A DNA stretch of 64,000 bases from Adineta vaga (taxonomy: Eukaryota; Animalia; Rotifera), in contig CP075495.1 in NCBI GenBank assembly GCA_021613535.1, forward strand, positions 15,438,001 through 15,502,000, written 5' to 3'. A model generated the notes under the pieces. That model did no database searches. It saw only the letters and a program-made list of their open reading frames with translations, and had not been told where the DNA came from. The position numbers were made by a program, and so were the translations under genes. Shown here piece by piece: positions 63,715 to 64,000 of this stretch (within the stretch, counting starts at the first letter, position 1; each line of letters opens with the position of its first letter).

Positions 63715-64000
63715 ATGTTGAATCTAAGGTGCATATTTTTGATATTTATTCCTTTTTTGATTGAAGGAAGTGTGATTGATTTATCTCATTTTTCAATTCT
63801 AACTTCTCCATCATCTTATCCATCATATAAATTCAATATTCTTCATCATTTGACTGCCATCTCACCTTATTTTGATTCAGAATCCAATGAATTAAATCCT
63901 GATCCACCATTGGGTTGTACAATCGATAAAGCAATCTATTTAGTTCGTCATGGTTCTATCTATGCTAATGATTATGATTATGAACATACAATTGAACCAT
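63715..64000 (+). CDS. Histidine acid phosphatase/phytase-like gene, second copy, 5' part only
   Basis: Near-identical to 53270-53555 including RHG, and runs off the window. Confidence 0.8.
   Translation, partial: MLNLRCIFLIFIPFLIEGSVIDLSHFSILTSPSSYPSYKFNILHHLTAISPYFDSESNELNPDPPLGCTIDKAIYLVRHGSIYANDYDYEHTIEP

Larger units (their letters stand above)
63234..64000 (+). repeat. Recent segmental duplicate of 52790-53555
   Basis: The FNT 3' end, the intergenic (AATA)n tract and the phosphatase 5' end are almost identical in both copies. Confidence 0.9.

Noticed and set aside
1-64000. Prokaryotic origin, CRISPR arrays, tRNA or rRNA genes
   Set aside because: Spliceosomal introns occur throughout. 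I saw no repeat-spacer arrays and no recognisable structural RNA genes.

Overview
Very AT-rich eukaryotic DNA with compact genes and short GT-AG introns, mostly 50-80 bp. The mix of orphan rhodopsin-like GPCRs, NHL-repeat and F-box/LRR families, and many microbial-type enzymes points to a bdelloid rotifer (inference only). I can support about 30 genes or pseudogenes: GH27 alpha-galactosidase, a 1320-aa protein of three tandem two-TM Cys-rich modules, four GPCRs, a membrane-anchored NYN nuclease, an Mrs2/CorA transporter, two GNATs, an SLC25 carrier, an ERI-type exonuclease, a purple acid phosphatase, a CalB-like lipase, TPR, NHL, RapGAP, an Ntn hydrolase, a TBC RabGAP, formate/nitrite transporters, histidine acid phosphatases, F-box/LRR genes and a stand-alone gamma-COP appendage gene. 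Several MITEs are also present. The best novel candidate, only fragmentary in the ORF track, is a six-exon gene (31170-30058, minus) that fuses a transmembrane anchor and a Thr/Ser stalk to a phage tail-collar/tail-fibre domain. The region 46.9-64 kb is a duplicated mosaic in which the same Harbinger-like MITE twice joins an F-box/LRR 5' end to the 3' end of an FNT gene. All exon structures were derived by hand and no database searches were run.
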